Positions 49,196 to 58,598 of a stretch of DNA of 64,000 nucleotides are shown piece by piece. The first letter of the stretch is position 1, and each line of letters begins with the position of its first letter. The position numbers were made by a program, and so were the translations under genes. The notes beneath the pieces were generated by a model that made no database searches, was not told the DNA's origin, and saw only the letters and a program-made list of their open reading frames with translations. The stretch spans positions 2,048,001-2,112,000 of the forward strand of contig CBDBHB010000009.1 in the NCBI GenBank assembly GCA_965205505.1, given 5' to 3'. Origin of the DNA: Acidobacteriota bacterium. GTDB lineage: Bacteria; Acidobacteriota; UBA890; WLXD01.

Positions 49196-49335
49196 CGGGA
49201 TCTCACAGCCTCTGAGGATAGGCTTCAGCGCTCACCCACCCCTCTGGTAGCCCCATGGAACCTGGTACCAAGCTCGGCCACTACGAGATCACCGAGCAGC
49301 TCGGTGCTGGCGGCATGGGCGAGGTGTACCTGGCA
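49196..49335 (+). pseudogene. Kinase promoter plus a ~27-codon 5' stub
   Basis: CGGGAT-N17-TAGGCT; [27 protein letters not shown] from 49255. Confidence 0.85.
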
Positions 49336-49340
49336 ACGGG

Positions 49341-49850
49341 CTGCCGGCGGAAGCCTTCGATGCGGTCCCGGCCATCGAGAGCACCGAGCACATGGCGGAT
49401 CCGCGTCGAGCGTTCCGCGAGGCGCGACGGGTCCTCAGACCGGAGGGACGGCTGGTGGTCTGTGCCTGGCTCGCGGCCGAAGCGCCGTCGGGATGGGCGC
49501 GGCGGCATCTCCTCGAACCCATCCGCCGGGAGGGCCGGCTGGCGTGGCTCCCCACCGGATCGAGCCTGCGGGCAGCGGTGGAGGCGGCCGGCCTCCGGGT
49601 CGTGGAGGTCGAGGATCTCACCCGAAAGGTCCGGAGGACCTGGACGATCTGTCTCCGCCGGCTCGCTGGAGCGCTCCTCCGACGTTCCGACTATCGACGC
49701 TTCATCCTGGACCGGAGCCGGGAGGAACGGGTCTTCGCTCGGACGATGGTGCGCATCTGGCTGGCGTATCGGGTCGGGGCGATGCGGTACGCGATGCTCA
49801 CCGCCCGCCGCCCCCGGGAGGATGACCCGGGGCCCCGGGAACGATGTTGA
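49341..49850 (+). pseudogene. SAM-dependent methyltransferase, C-terminal half
   Basis: LPAEAFDAVPAIESTEHMADPRRAFREARRVLRPEGRLVV; N-terminal SAM motif missing. Confidence 0.7.
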
Positions 49851-50569
49851 CGATGGCGAGGGTGGGTGTCGACGACCGCGGCCGCACCCCGCGAACCGCG
49901 AGGGAACCCCTCGGGACCGCAGTCCTGGCGCTGGCGCTCGTCCTCGCCGTGCCGGGGCGCGCGCCGGCGGTCCGGGACCAGGACGAAGGCGCCGCCGCCG
50001 CGATTCCCGTAGACGCCACCGGACTGGCCTCGGGTCCGTACGCCTCCCTGGAAATGGTCTACGAGCGAACGATCTTCCGGGTGGACGTCCTGCGCCTGAC
50101 GCTGCGGTTCGGAGCGCAGACTGCCGCCGAGCTGGAGCACCTTGTTGACGGCCGGCAGTACACCGACGAGCTGGCCGAGTCGGTCGTGCGAGCCGCCGTC
50201 GAATCCCAGGACCTGCTGGTTCGGAGCCGCTTCCTCCACGACGTCAGCCTCGAGCAGTTCCTGGACGGGATTCGCGAGAACATGGAACACGCCCGGGACG
50301 CCGGTTTCCTGTCGTCGGAGGAGGTTCGGACCCTGCTTCCCGAGATCGAGGCCCAGTACGAGCCGATCCGCGATCGAGGTATCCGGGACGGCGAGACTAT
50401 GTGGTACCGGATCCGGGGCGACACCCTCCACGTGGCTTTTCAGGCGCTGGACGGGAGCGTCCTCATCGACCGCAGGCAGGAGGGGTCCGAGCATCGTCGT
50501 GCCGTGCTGGGTGGCTACCTGGCGCCGGGATCGGACTTCCGCGAGGACCTCAGCCGATCCCTCTTCTAG
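49844..50569 (+). CDS. Hypothetical secreted protein (chalcone-isomerase-like fold possible)
   Basis: Signal-like N-terminus; continuous high-GC3 ORF. Confidence 0.6.
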   Translation: MLTMARVGVDDRGRTPRTAREPLGTAVLALALVLAVPGRAPAVRDQDEGAAAAIPVDATGLASGPYASLEMVYERTIFRVDVLRLTLRFGAQTAAELEHLVDGRQYTDELAESVVRAAVESQDLLVRSRFLHDVSLEQFLDGIRENMEHARDAGFLSSEEVRTLLPEIEAQYEPIRDRGIRDGETMWYRIRGDTLHVAFQALDGSVLIDRRQEGSEHRRAVLGGYLAPGSDFREDLSRSLF

Positions 50570-50579
50570 AAGGCTAGAA

Positions 50580-50900
50580 GGCATTGTCAACTTAACGGAG
50601 ATCCTGGCAGAGTGCGGCCATGATCAACGCCGCCAGCCGCTATCGCCGACACCGTTTCCCGATCGAGATCATGAGCCATGCCGTCTGGCTCTACCATCGG
50701 TTCTGCTTGAGCTTCCGAGACGTCGAGGATCTCCTGGCCCAGCGCGGGGTCGAGGTCACCTACGAGACGATTCGGCGGTGGTGTGGGAAGTTCGGCCCTG
50801 ACTACGCCCGGAAGCTACGTCGGCGACAGGGTCGTCTGGGTGACGCATGGTTCCTGGACGAGGTTTTCGTGAGCATCCGCGGCAGGCGCCATTACCTTTG
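50580..50900 (+). mobile_element. IS6-family 5' remnant (left IR and Tpase N-terminus)
   Basis: GGCATTGTCAACTT; YRRHRFPIEIMSHAVWLYHRF...WFLDEVFV, then truncated. Confidence 0.88.
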
Positions 50901-50939
50901 CCGTCCGAGTTAACGTACACACCGTCGTAGCTAGTGCCG

Positions 50940-51647
50940 CTACCCTCCACTACAGGGTTTGAGGGTGACCCAGATGAGCTCGATCGGCTCGTCGCCGTTG
51001 TTGCCCGAGTCGTGCTGCTCCGACAGTTCGACGGCCTCCATCCAGCCGACAGAACCGTCGGGCGAAGGCCGGGTGCCGACTCTCTCGCTGCCATCGCGAC
51101 GCCCGGACCACACACCACCCTTGACATGAACGTAGACCTGCTCGCCCGGGTGGGAGTGCACCCCCTCCCACTGCCCCGGCTCGACGACGAACTTCTGCAC
51201 CACGACGTGATCGTTCTCCAGCAGCAGTTCGCCCGGAATGTTCGGATAAAACGTGCCGGTGTGATGGTTCGCCACTAACGTGCAAGGTTTGAGGGTGATC
51301 CAGACCAACTCGATTGGGGTGTCTCCGGTGTTGCCGGAATTGTGTTGCTCCGACAGATCGATGGCATCCATCCATCCGACGGAGCCGGCGGGCGAAGGCT
51401 GGGTGCCGATTCTCTCGCGGCCGCCACGACGCCCAGACCACACACCGCCCTTGATGGTCACCCAGAGCTGGTTGCCTGGGTGTGGATGGACCCCCTCCCA
51501 CTGCCCCGGCTCGACGACGAACTTCTGCACCACGACGCGATCGTTCTCCAGCAGCAGCTCGCCCGGAATATCCGGATAAAAGGTACCGATCTCCTGGCCG
51601 GCAAAGAGCAATCCGGGGAGCGCCAGGATGACGGCGGCCAGCATCAT
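50940..51647 (-). CDS. Secreted protein with two near-identical cupin domains
   Basis: Signal peptide; two copies of LLLEND.VVVQKFVVEPGQWEGVH.HPG...QH.SGN at a 330-bp period. Confidence 0.8.
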   Translation of the reverse strand: MMLAAVILALPGLLFAGQEIGTFYPDIPGELLLENDRVVVQKFVVEPGQWEGVHPHPGNQLWVTIKGGVWSGRRGGRERIGTQPSPAGSVGWMDAIDLSEQHNSGNTGDTPIELVWITLKPCTLVANHHTGTFYPNIPGELLLENDHVVVQKFVVEPGQWEGVHSHPGEQVYVHVKGGVWSGRRDGSERVGTRPSPDGSVGWMEAVELSEQHDSGNNGDEPIELIWVTLKPCSGG

Positions 51648-51805
51648 ACGGATTGGGTTTCGGGTCGCTGCACTCGCGGGTGCTCGGCACGGAACGCAGC
51701 ATCGGTTGCTGCTCGTGAGGTCCATGGACGGCATCAGCTTGACCTGACCCCCCAAAACGGATCCAGAGGTAATCTCACGATCTGGGTCGAAAAGGGGAGG
51801 TCAGA

Positions 51806-52084
51806 ATGCCGACGAAGAGGCACAGCGCCGAGCAGATCGTACGCAAGCTCCGGGAGGCTGAAGTGGAGCTGGCGCAAGGCGGGACGGTCAAGGATGCCTG
51901 CCGCAAGCTAGCGATCACCGAGCACACCTACTATCGGTGGCGGCGGGAGTACGGGGGGCTGAAGGTCAACCAGGCCAGAAGGCTCAAGCAGCTGGAGAAA
52001 GAAAACGCCCGGCTCAAGAAACTGGTGGCGGAGAAAGAGCTCGACCTGTCGATCCTGAAGGAAGTCGCGGAGGGAAACTTCTGA
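51806..52084 (+). CDS. IS3 transposase OrfA
   Basis: [35 protein letters not shown]. Confidence 0.92.
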   Translation: MPTKRHSAEQIVRKLREAEVELAQGGTVKDACRKLAITEHTYYRWRREYGGLKVNQARRLKQLEKENARLKKLVAEKELDLSILKEVAEGNF

Positions 52085-52965
52085 GCCCAGCTCGACGGCG
52101 CGAGGCGGTGGCGCATGTACAGGGGCGGCTGGGCGTCTCCGAGAGGCGGGCGTGCCGGGTACTGAAACAACCACGCACGACACACAGGTACATGCCAAGA
52201 GAACCGGGCGATGAGCAGATGTTGACGGAGCGGATCGTGGATCTAGCCCGACAATACGGGCGCTACGGGTATCGGCGAGTGACGGCGTTGTTGCGTATGG
52301 AGGGCTGGTGGGTGAACCACAAACGAGTGCAGCGTATCTGGAGGCGTGAGGGGCTGAAAGTACCGACAAAGCAGCCCAAACGAGCCCGGCTGTGGCTCAG
52401 CGATGGCTCGTGCATCCGGCTGCGACCACAGCGCAAAGATCACGTCTGGGCGTATGACTTCGTCCATCACCGGACGCACGAGGGTCGGGCTATGAGGCTG
52501 CTGACGATCGTCGATGAGTACACACGAGAAAGCCTGGCGATCGACGTGGCACGGAAGCTCAACTGTGAGGACGTGCTCGAGCGGCTCGGGTGGTTGTTCG
52601 TGCACCGGGGCATACCTGAGCACATCCGGTCCGATAACGGACCGGAGTTCACCGCCGAGGCGGTTCGCGACTGGCTCGGTAGGCTCGGTGTGGGCACGCT
52701 GTTCATCGAGCCGGGCTCGCCGTGGGAGAACGGCTACGTGGAGAGCTTCAACGGCAAGCTCCGAGACGAGCTGCTCAACGGCGAGATCTTCTACACGCTC
52801 AAGGAGGCAAAGGTTCTGATCGAGAGATGGAGGCAGCAGTACAACCGCATGCGACCGCACAGCTCGTTGGGCTACCGACCACCGGCCCCGGAGGCGCTGT
52901 TGTTGAAGCCGGCTACGCTCCGCTTCGCCGGCCTCAACAACCCCTTGTCAGCACCGAGTTACTGA
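52081..52965 (+). CDS. IS3 transposase OrfB (-1 frameshift)
   Basis: [32 protein letters not shown] core. Confidence 0.92.
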   Translation: MSPARRREAVAHVQGRLGVSERRACRVLKQPRTTHRYMPREPGDEQMLTERIVDLARQYGRYGYRRVTALLRMEGWWVNHKRVQRIWRREGLKVPTKQPKRARLWLSDGSCIRLRPQRKDHVWAYDFVHHRTHEGRAMRLLTIVDEYTRESLAIDVARKLNCEDVLERLGWLFVHRGIPEHIRSDNGPEFTAEAVRDWLGRLGVGTLFIEPGSPWENGYVESFNGKLRDELLNGEIFYTLKEAKVLIERWRQQYNRMRPHSSLGYRPPAPEALLLKPATLRFAGLNNPLSAPSY

Positions 52966-53229
52966 GATTAGACGTGGTACTAACCGTGGGGTCAGGTCAA
53001 GCTGACTCCTGGTCGAAGGACACTTGGGTCGCAGATCGGGAAACGACTCTATCAACATAAGGCCGCCAGTGGTCAAGAGCACAGTCCGTCCTAGCGCGGA
53101 ATGATTACCGCGGTTGGATCGCATCAAGATCCGCCGGCTCCGAAGACTCCGCGTGGTGTTCGAATCGGTGACCGTTGGGGCTCTACCCTCGTTTCACGGC
53201 CGCGCCGTCACGCTGTCAGGCCCCCCCCG

Positions 53230-53821
53230 TTGGATCTCACGCGTCATAGCGGTAGGCTTCACGCGCTCACCCACCCCTCTACGGGAGCGCCATGCAACCC
53301 GGCACCAAAGGCCCCTACGAGATCACCGAGCAGCTCGGCGCTGGCGGCATGGGTGAGGTGTACCTGGCGCAGGACACACGCCTGGGCCGCAAGGTGGCCA
53401 TCAAGGTGCTTCCCGCCGAGTTCGCCTCTGACGGCGTTGCCGACGTCGAGACCGGTGAGTACTCGTCTCTGTTTCCCGGTTGGTCGCCAGCGTACGTCGA
53501 GGGTGGTTTCCTCATGTACGCGCAGGCCGACATGCTGATGATCCGTTCGTACGATCCCGACACGCCGCCCGCCCCCCCCCCCCCGAGGTGGCCCAGCCGG
53601 GCGTGTTGAGCATCCAGTGGGGCTCGACGCCGAACGCCCTGTACTCCGTGTCGACGAACGGAACGCTGGCGTTCGTCCCCGGTTCCGGGCCGTCGGCCGG
53701 TGTCCGCGGGCGACTTGCGCTCGTCGACGGCGATGGGAACGCGAATCCCCTCACCGAGACGGGTAGCGATCCCATTTATCCACGCTTCACGCCCGATGGC
53801 GGCGCCGTAACGGTGGCGTGA
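53230..53821 (+). pseudogene. Kinase promoter plus 5' stub fused by deletion to a propeller fragment
   Basis: TTGGAT-N17-TAGGCT; [19 protein letters not shown]...[13 protein letters not shown] joined to YSVSTNGTLAFVPG...PRFTPDG. Confidence 0.8.
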
Positions 53822-53984
53822 GTACAAAGGCACAGCGGAGGGTCGCGGCGTCAGCGCTGACACAGACGCACGACCGCAAGAAGAGTCGCTCGTGTTCGGG
53901 GGGCGCTCTTGCTTTTGGTCCGCTTCGTCGTCGGTCACGTGGCTATTCGTGCTCCGGGGCAGGGGACTCGGTAGTTGGTCGGGG

Positions 53985-54365
53985 TCATGGGCTCTTGCCG
54001 GCTTTGGCGCGCAGGCCGGCCAGGCGCTTAGCCAGCCTGTCTGGAACCAGCCCAGGGGCCTTTGCTTGTCGTTCGTACCGCTCGAGTATCGCGAGCTCGT
54101 CGGCTGGCTTCTTCTTCTTCCGGTAGATGATCGCAAGTTGCTCGTAGTACCACGGAACCCCCCAGCCTTCGCCCCAGGCGGATGTCTCGGCCTCTGTGGC
54201 GTCCACCAGGCGCAGGAGAAGCGCCTCCGCGCCATCGAGGTCGCCTGCGCGCTTGAGGCGAAGAACTTCCTCTGCGTAGGTCGCGTAGTGCCGTCCGTCG
54301 ACGAAGCCAGGCTTGGCCATCAGCGGCAGCCCCTCACTAGGGGGCTCGGTAGGTGGTCGGGTCAT
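53985..54365 (-). CDS. Hypothetical helical (TPR-like) protein
   Basis: GRHYATY.E.V..LKR.G, PWYYEQLAIIYRK. Confidence 0.65.
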   Translation of the reverse strand: MTRPPTEPPSEGLPLMAKPGFVDGRHYATYAEEVLRLKRAGDLDGAEALLLRLVDATEAETSAWGEGWGVPWYYEQLAIIYRKKKKPADELAILERYERQAKAPGLVPDRLAKRLAGLRAKAGKSP

Positions 54366-54411
54366 GGGACGGAACGCGCCGCAGCCGTGAAGGGGCGCCG
54401 GATCAAGCGCG

Positions 54412-54530
54412 GCTACATGCGAGACCCCTCAAGCGCGAGACGCTCGTGCCGCTGTTGATCTCGGACCAGGCATCGGAGCGACGTGGCCTGCCCGCCAGCG
54501 GTCTCTCCGCCGGCGTCCCGCGCCGAGAGG
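54412..54530 (-). ncRNA. Putative structured RNA, copy 1
   Basis: CCTCTCGGCGCGGGAC pairs with GTCTCGCGCTTGAGGGG; internal hairpins; tail GCATGTAGC. Confidence 0.5.
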
Positions 54531-54571
54531 CAAAACATCATCTAGTCGCAACGGGGTGAGACTCGGACACA

Positions 54572-54689
54572 GCTACATGCCCGACCCCCTCAGCGCGAGA
54601 CTCCCGCCGCCAGGGGCTGAGGAAGGACTACTGCTAAGCCCGCAAGCGGCGGTGGGGGTCGGCGGCCTAGCGGGTCCCGCGCCGAGAGG
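54572..54689 (-). ncRNA. Putative structured RNA, copy 2
   Basis: 16-bp closing stem with three G-U pairs on the minus strand only; TACAAT 9 nt upstream. Confidence 0.5.
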
Positions 54690-54795
54690 TACCCGATAAT
54701 TGTAGACCCCTAGCGCCCCGACCGGATAGTGCCTAGCGAATTTCGACTTCGCCGCGATGTTCCTGGCTGAGGCCGGCGCGCTGTTTGCCGTTCCT

Positions 54796-55164
54796 CTACC
54801 CTCGCCGTCGAGCGCCGGCCGTATCCTCGATCGCCCGCCGAGCTTCAGCCGGCGTCACATCAGCACCCCGCAGATGCGCATCCATCAGGTCGGCGATCCA
54901 GCGCCGCAGCAGCTCCCGCCGCACGACCTTCGCCTTGGTCTTCGTCGGCGCCAGGACCTCTGCAATAGAACCTAGCGAAGCGCGATCAGGCGGGAGATAG
55001 CGACCACACCGGTAGCCGCTCATGGTGCCCTGCGTGATGCCGAGATCGGTGGCGATTGTGCGCATGGAGGCGGGGTGATCGTCGATGAGCTTGCCGAGGT
55101 AGGAGCCGAACTGGCGGAGGGGGTAGGCGAGGGGGCGGGCGAAGGTGCTGCGGCCGCCTCTCAC
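54796..55164 (-). CDS. XRE/Cro-like HTH protein
   Basis: SMRTIATDLGITQGTMSGYRCGRYLP. Confidence 0.65.
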   Translation of the reverse strand: MRGGRSTFARPLAYPLRQFGSYLGKLIDDHPASMRTIATDLGITQGTMSGYRCGRYLPPDRASLGSIAEVLAPTKTKAKVVRRELLRRWIADLMDAHLRGADVTPAEARRAIEDTAGARRRG

Positions 55165-55170
55165 TAGAGC

Positions 55171-55329
55171 CTACGGGCCGGCCTGTCCGCCGACGTTGTC
55201 AGCAATCCGTTCGACTGCCTTGACGAGGCGCGCGGCTAGCCCCATTAGGTAGATGAATAGGGCGATCCAGATCAGCCCGAACAACACAGGGAACAGTCCC
55301 ATCGCAGCCATCATCGGCATGTCCATCAT
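55171..55329 (-). CDS. Small single-TM membrane protein
   Basis: Hydrophobic helix followed by RLVKAVERIAD. Confidence 0.55.
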   Translation of the reverse strand: MMDMPMMAAMGLFPVLFGLIWIALFIYLMGLAARLVKAVERIADNVGGQAGP

Positions 55330-55460
55330 GTTGCTACCGCCGTCGACGATGCACCGCAAAGGCTGCTCAGCCTAGCGGAATAGATCGGCTCTCACCACGT
55401 GAGAGCAGCCGGGCGACCTGCGAGAGCCTTTCGTGACCCACTCAATCCTTCCCTTCGGGA

Positions 55461-55988
55461 TCAGCGCTTTCGCCAGATAGTCGCTGTTTTCTCAACCCAC
55501 GAAATACTGTGATCGGGCCCTAGCTGTTCAATCCCGCGCGCTGCCTCGCGGGCCCCACCGTCTTGCGCGACAAGACGGGCGAGCTCGCTAGCCCGTTCCT
55601 GGCCTAACGCGTCAAACACTCGGACAACGAAGAGACGGCCCGTCAACCGATCCCGCGCCTCGTACCAGTAGGCCGGCGCAGGCTCGCAGATCCCGCGGGC
55701 GATGTACGTCCACGGCTCTTCGATTGCTGCGTCTAGGGCCTGATCGCCGTAGCAAGTGATTTCGATGAAGCTCGACCAATCGCCGATCCGGCTGTCTTGC
55801 GGTGCTGAGCGAGACGCGATCGATACGAGTTCGCTTATTTGCAGGTAGTGCACGACCGGGTTGGCGAACTCGGTTCCGTCCTCCAGTAAGAAACGGTCAT
55901 TCAATACGCGCCCAAGCTGCAGTCCACGGTTGCGCAGGCACAAGAGAACTGCGTAGTCGCCGGGACCAAGCTCTACGCCGTCCGGCAT
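55461..55988 (-). CDS. Hypothetical protein
   Basis: GGAG RBS; ORF begins 33 bp after motif copy C. Confidence 0.55.
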   Translation of the reverse strand: MPDGVELGPGDYAVLLCLRNRGLQLGRVLNDRFLLEDGTEFANPVVHYLQISELVSIASRSAPQDSRIGDWSSFIEITCYGDQALDAAIEEPWTYIARGICEPAPAYWYEARDRLTGRLFVVRVFDALGQERASELARLVAQDGGAREAARGIEQLGPDHSISWVEKTATIWRKR

Positions 55989-56021
55989 CTTTGTCTCCCG
56001 TTGCCCACGCCTCACGCGCGC

Positions 56022-56083
56022 GGAACAGTTTTCTTCCTACCACTACAGAAGCTCGCAGCCGGGCGATTTGCGAGGGGGGGGGG
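56022..56083 (-). repeat. Conserved ~56-bp motif, copy C, with a C10 run
   Basis: Reverse complement CCCCCCCCCCTCGCAAATCGCCCGGCTGCGAGCTTCTGTAGTGGTAGGAAGAAAACTGTTCC. Confidence 0.9.
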
Positions 56084-56145
56084 TGGTTCGGAGGCGAGGC
56101 TTCTTTGTCATGAGCCCTCCTTACCCGTCGATTCCCGCAACTCTT

Positions 56146-56640
56146 TCAGGAGCCGGCCAACTTGGTCGGCGTGCGGAGATTCGATCTCAATGAAGATCTT
56201 GAGGGCCTGCTCATGAAACTCGATGGCCTTGCGGGTCTCGCCGAGGGCGGCGTAGGCGCTCCCGAGGTTGCCGAGGTCATTGCCCCTCGCTCCTCCGGTC
56301 GCCGATCTCGCGAGAGATGGCCAGGACTGTTCATGAAACTCGATGGCCTTGCGGGTCTCGCCGAGGGCGGCGTAGGCATTCCCAAGGTTGCCGAGGGCAC
56401 TGCCTTCGGCTGTCCGGTCACCGATTCGCGAGAGATGGCCAGAGACTGTTCATAAAACTCGATTGCCTTGCGGGTCTCGCCGAGGCCGGCGTAGGCTTCC
56501 CGAGGTTGCCGAGGGCATTGCCTTCGCTCCTCCGGTCGCCGATCTCGCGAGAGATGGCCAGAGACTGTTCATGAAACTCGATGGCCTTGCGGGTCTCGCC
56601 GAGGGCGACGTAGGCGTTCCCGAGGTTGCCGAGGGCTTTA
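56146..56640 (-). pseudogene. TPR-repeat gene fragment (40-aa units), frameshifted
   Basis: ALGNLGNAY.ALGETRKAIEFHEQSLAISREIGDRRSEG units at 120/119/119-bp spacing. Confidence 0.85.
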
Positions 56641-56806
56641 CATTTCTTTACTGTCTACCGCTGTAGTTGCACGAGCAAAGGACGTAGCGTTCCACCGGAC
56701 CACACCCCGTTACGGCGCGCCCCGGCCCCGATGCGCGCAGGCAGCGTTGTAGAGCAGGTCATGACCGGAGCGTCGGAAGTGACCGTCACGCGCACCGGAG
56801 AATCCT

Positions 56807-58192
56807 ATGCTCGAAGGTGCCCGCCAACGGATGGCAGCCCTTCTTCGCGCAGGCGCGGACCATCTCGCGTCAGTGGGTCCGGAGGCAGCCGATGATCAGC
56901 TAACGTTTTTCTTCGAAGCCTTGGCGTACGGGTCCAGAGAGCTGATCGGTCAGCTACCGCTGGACGAGAACAACTATCTTCGTGTGTTCGGACCGGCACA
57001 CACGGATTGTCGCGCTGTCTTCATGTATTCGGTGCTCGACGAGCTTGCCAAGGCCGGAGTAAGCATCCTCCAGTGGCGCGATTGGCTGGGTGAGGAGGAC
57101 TTCACGCCTGGCAACGACAAACCGTACGCTCGACGCAGTTATCGTCTTGTAGTTACAGCCACCCTGGAGACCCAGGCTCTACGGATTCGACGTCTCACCG
57201 AAGCACTGGTCGACTTGCTCGGTTTCAAGACGACGAACCGGCAAGATTACTTCCGCTATTACCTGCTTCTCCGTGACATCGACGGCCGCGTCTCTGCGAG
57301 CCGCGACCTCGAGTACTTTTGGTCGGCCCCCAGCGGGAACCTCCGATATGGAATCGAGATGTCTCTTGAGCAGGCGCGAGAGGTCGAGAGCCGACTGGAC
57401 CTCGACCGTGCCTGGTTTCGCCATGGACAGGCGCCGCTTCAGGGCGTGGAGACGCTGCGCCCCGGTCGGCTGCTCGCCAGTTTGCGGCAACGGTTCATCT
57501 ACGCTCTCGAACACGCCGATGATGAAGAAGTCATGCAGCTTCGTATGTCCTACGGAAGCGGCTACGGGTCGCAGAGCAGGGAGATCCACTTCCGGCCCGA
57601 CGCGGGCCGTTGGTGGCGGCAGAATCGGAACGAGGTCCGTTCCCGCGCGGGGATGATCGGGCTGCTCGGAGTGCACCTCCTGCTCCTCGTGCAGAACCTG
57701 ACCGAGCTTGACGGTGGACCGAGAATCGCGGCTCTTCGTAGCGCCTTCGAGAGCGGCGAGATCACGCCTCCAAGAATCGTCGAGCGTTCGCGTGATCCCG
57801 GCATCGAACCGGGTGACCTAGTTGTCACTTCATTCCGTGCGTTGGCTGAGGTCACGAACGTCGTCGAGAGCAGCTTCGGTTTCAAGAGCTGCGCCATCCG
57901 ATACCTCGCCGACGCGCCGCTGGAGGACGTCGATACAGAGACTCTCCCGGCGACGGACGTTGTTCGGGTGTTCCGCCCGGATCTGAACGCACGCGAGTCG
58001 CTGCAGGAACTTTTGGAGCAGGGCCTCCTCGATCAGGCAACTGTCGACGAAATCGCGCAAGCGCCGGAGGACAGGTGGCGATCTTCCCTTCGCAGCTCGT
58101 ACGCGTACGCCTGGCAGCACGCTGGGCTCCGCGAGTACGTCTTGAGTCAACTGTTACGTGACGAGGACCGAGGCAGTCCCGGCTCAACGTAG
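56807..58192 (+). CDS. Hypothetical protein, possible defence gene
   Basis: 461-aa ORF with GGAG RBS; YGSQSREIH resembles a HEPN-like motif; directly upstream of an hsdM stub. Confidence 0.7.
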   Translation: MLEGARQRMAALLRAGADHLASVGPEAADDQLTFFFEALAYGSRELIGQLPLDENNYLRVFGPAHTDCRAVFMYSVLDELAKAGVSILQWRDWLGEEDFTPGNDKPYARRSYRLVVTATLETQALRIRRLTEALVDLLGFKTTNRQDYFRYYLLLRDIDGRVSASRDLEYFWSAPSGNLRYGIEMSLEQAREVESRLDLDRAWFRHGQAPLQGVETLRPGRLLASLRQRFIYALEHADDEEVMQLRMSYGSGYGSQSREIHFRPDAGRWWRQNRNEVRSRAGMIGLLGVHLLLLVQNLTELDGGPRIAALRSAFESGEITPPRIVERSRDPGIEPGDLVVTSFRALAEVTNVVESSFGFKSCAIRYLADAPLEDVDTETLPATDVVRVFRPDLNARESLQELLEQGLLDQATVDEIAQAPEDRWRSSLRSSYAYAWQHAGLREYVLSQLLRDEDRGSPGST

Positions 58193-58211
58193 CCCCGACG
58201 CACAGAGTGAT

Positions 58212-58307
58212 ATGGAACAGGGCCAACTGAACTGGATCACCAATTTCATCTGGGGCATCGCCGACGACGTCCTGCGGGATCTCTACGTTCGAGGCAAGTA
58301 CCGAGAC
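58212..58307 (+). pseudogene. hsdM: Type I R-M methyltransferase N-terminal stub
   Basis: MEQGQLNWITNFIWGIADDVLRDLYVRGKYRD, then unrelated sequence. Confidence 0.85.
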
Positions 58308-58579
58308 GCAGCACCGCAGTGGCCGCGTCCACAACCGTCGAGATAGGCCTCGAAGTCGGCCTTGAGTTGCTGTTGGCTAGCGCGGGCCTGCTGGCATGCG
58401 CCGCCGAGACGGAAACGCCGGCAGAGAGTCGCAGAAGGCCGGCTAGCTACGGCCCTCGCACCGTCGCAGCGGTACCGGCGTATATAGCCCGCGAGGGTCC
58501 TACAACGCGAGCGCGGTTGGGGGCAGGGGAGGCCAACTTACTCACCCGTACGCCCAGGTACGGCGTAATACGCTCCCGT

Positions 58580-58598
58580 AACCTAAGTGGAACCTAAG
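58580..58598. repeat. AACCTAAG direct repeat near the tRNA 3' end (att arm-like)
   Basis: Two copies at an 11-bp period, ~80 bp from the tRNA-Glu 3' end. Confidence 0.45.

Larger units (their letters stand above)
51740..52999 (+). mobile_element. Intact IS3-family element, 1260 bp, with AGCT target duplication
   Basis: TGACCTGACCCC / GGGGTCAGGTCA ends; AGCT at 51736 and 53000; GGGAAAC slippery site at 52072. Confidence 0.95.

Noticed and set aside
49245-49255. TGGTAGCCCCA as a tRNA-Glu att copy
   Set aside because: It aligns with the kinase leader of the other copies (GGAGCGCCATG), so it is likely a chance match
49255-50148. 297-aa kinase fusion ORF
   Set aside because: Only the first ~27 codons are kinase; the rest is off-frame read-through over the methyltransferase fragment
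54617-54623. CTGAGGA as a hammerhead ribozyme core
   Set aside because: No downstream GAAA or stem II geometry, and G-U pairing favours the opposite strand
56146-56640. Regular ~120-bp repeats as a CRISPR array
   Set aside because: Whole units are conserved with no unique spacers, and they translate to TPR motifs on the minus strand; no cas genes present
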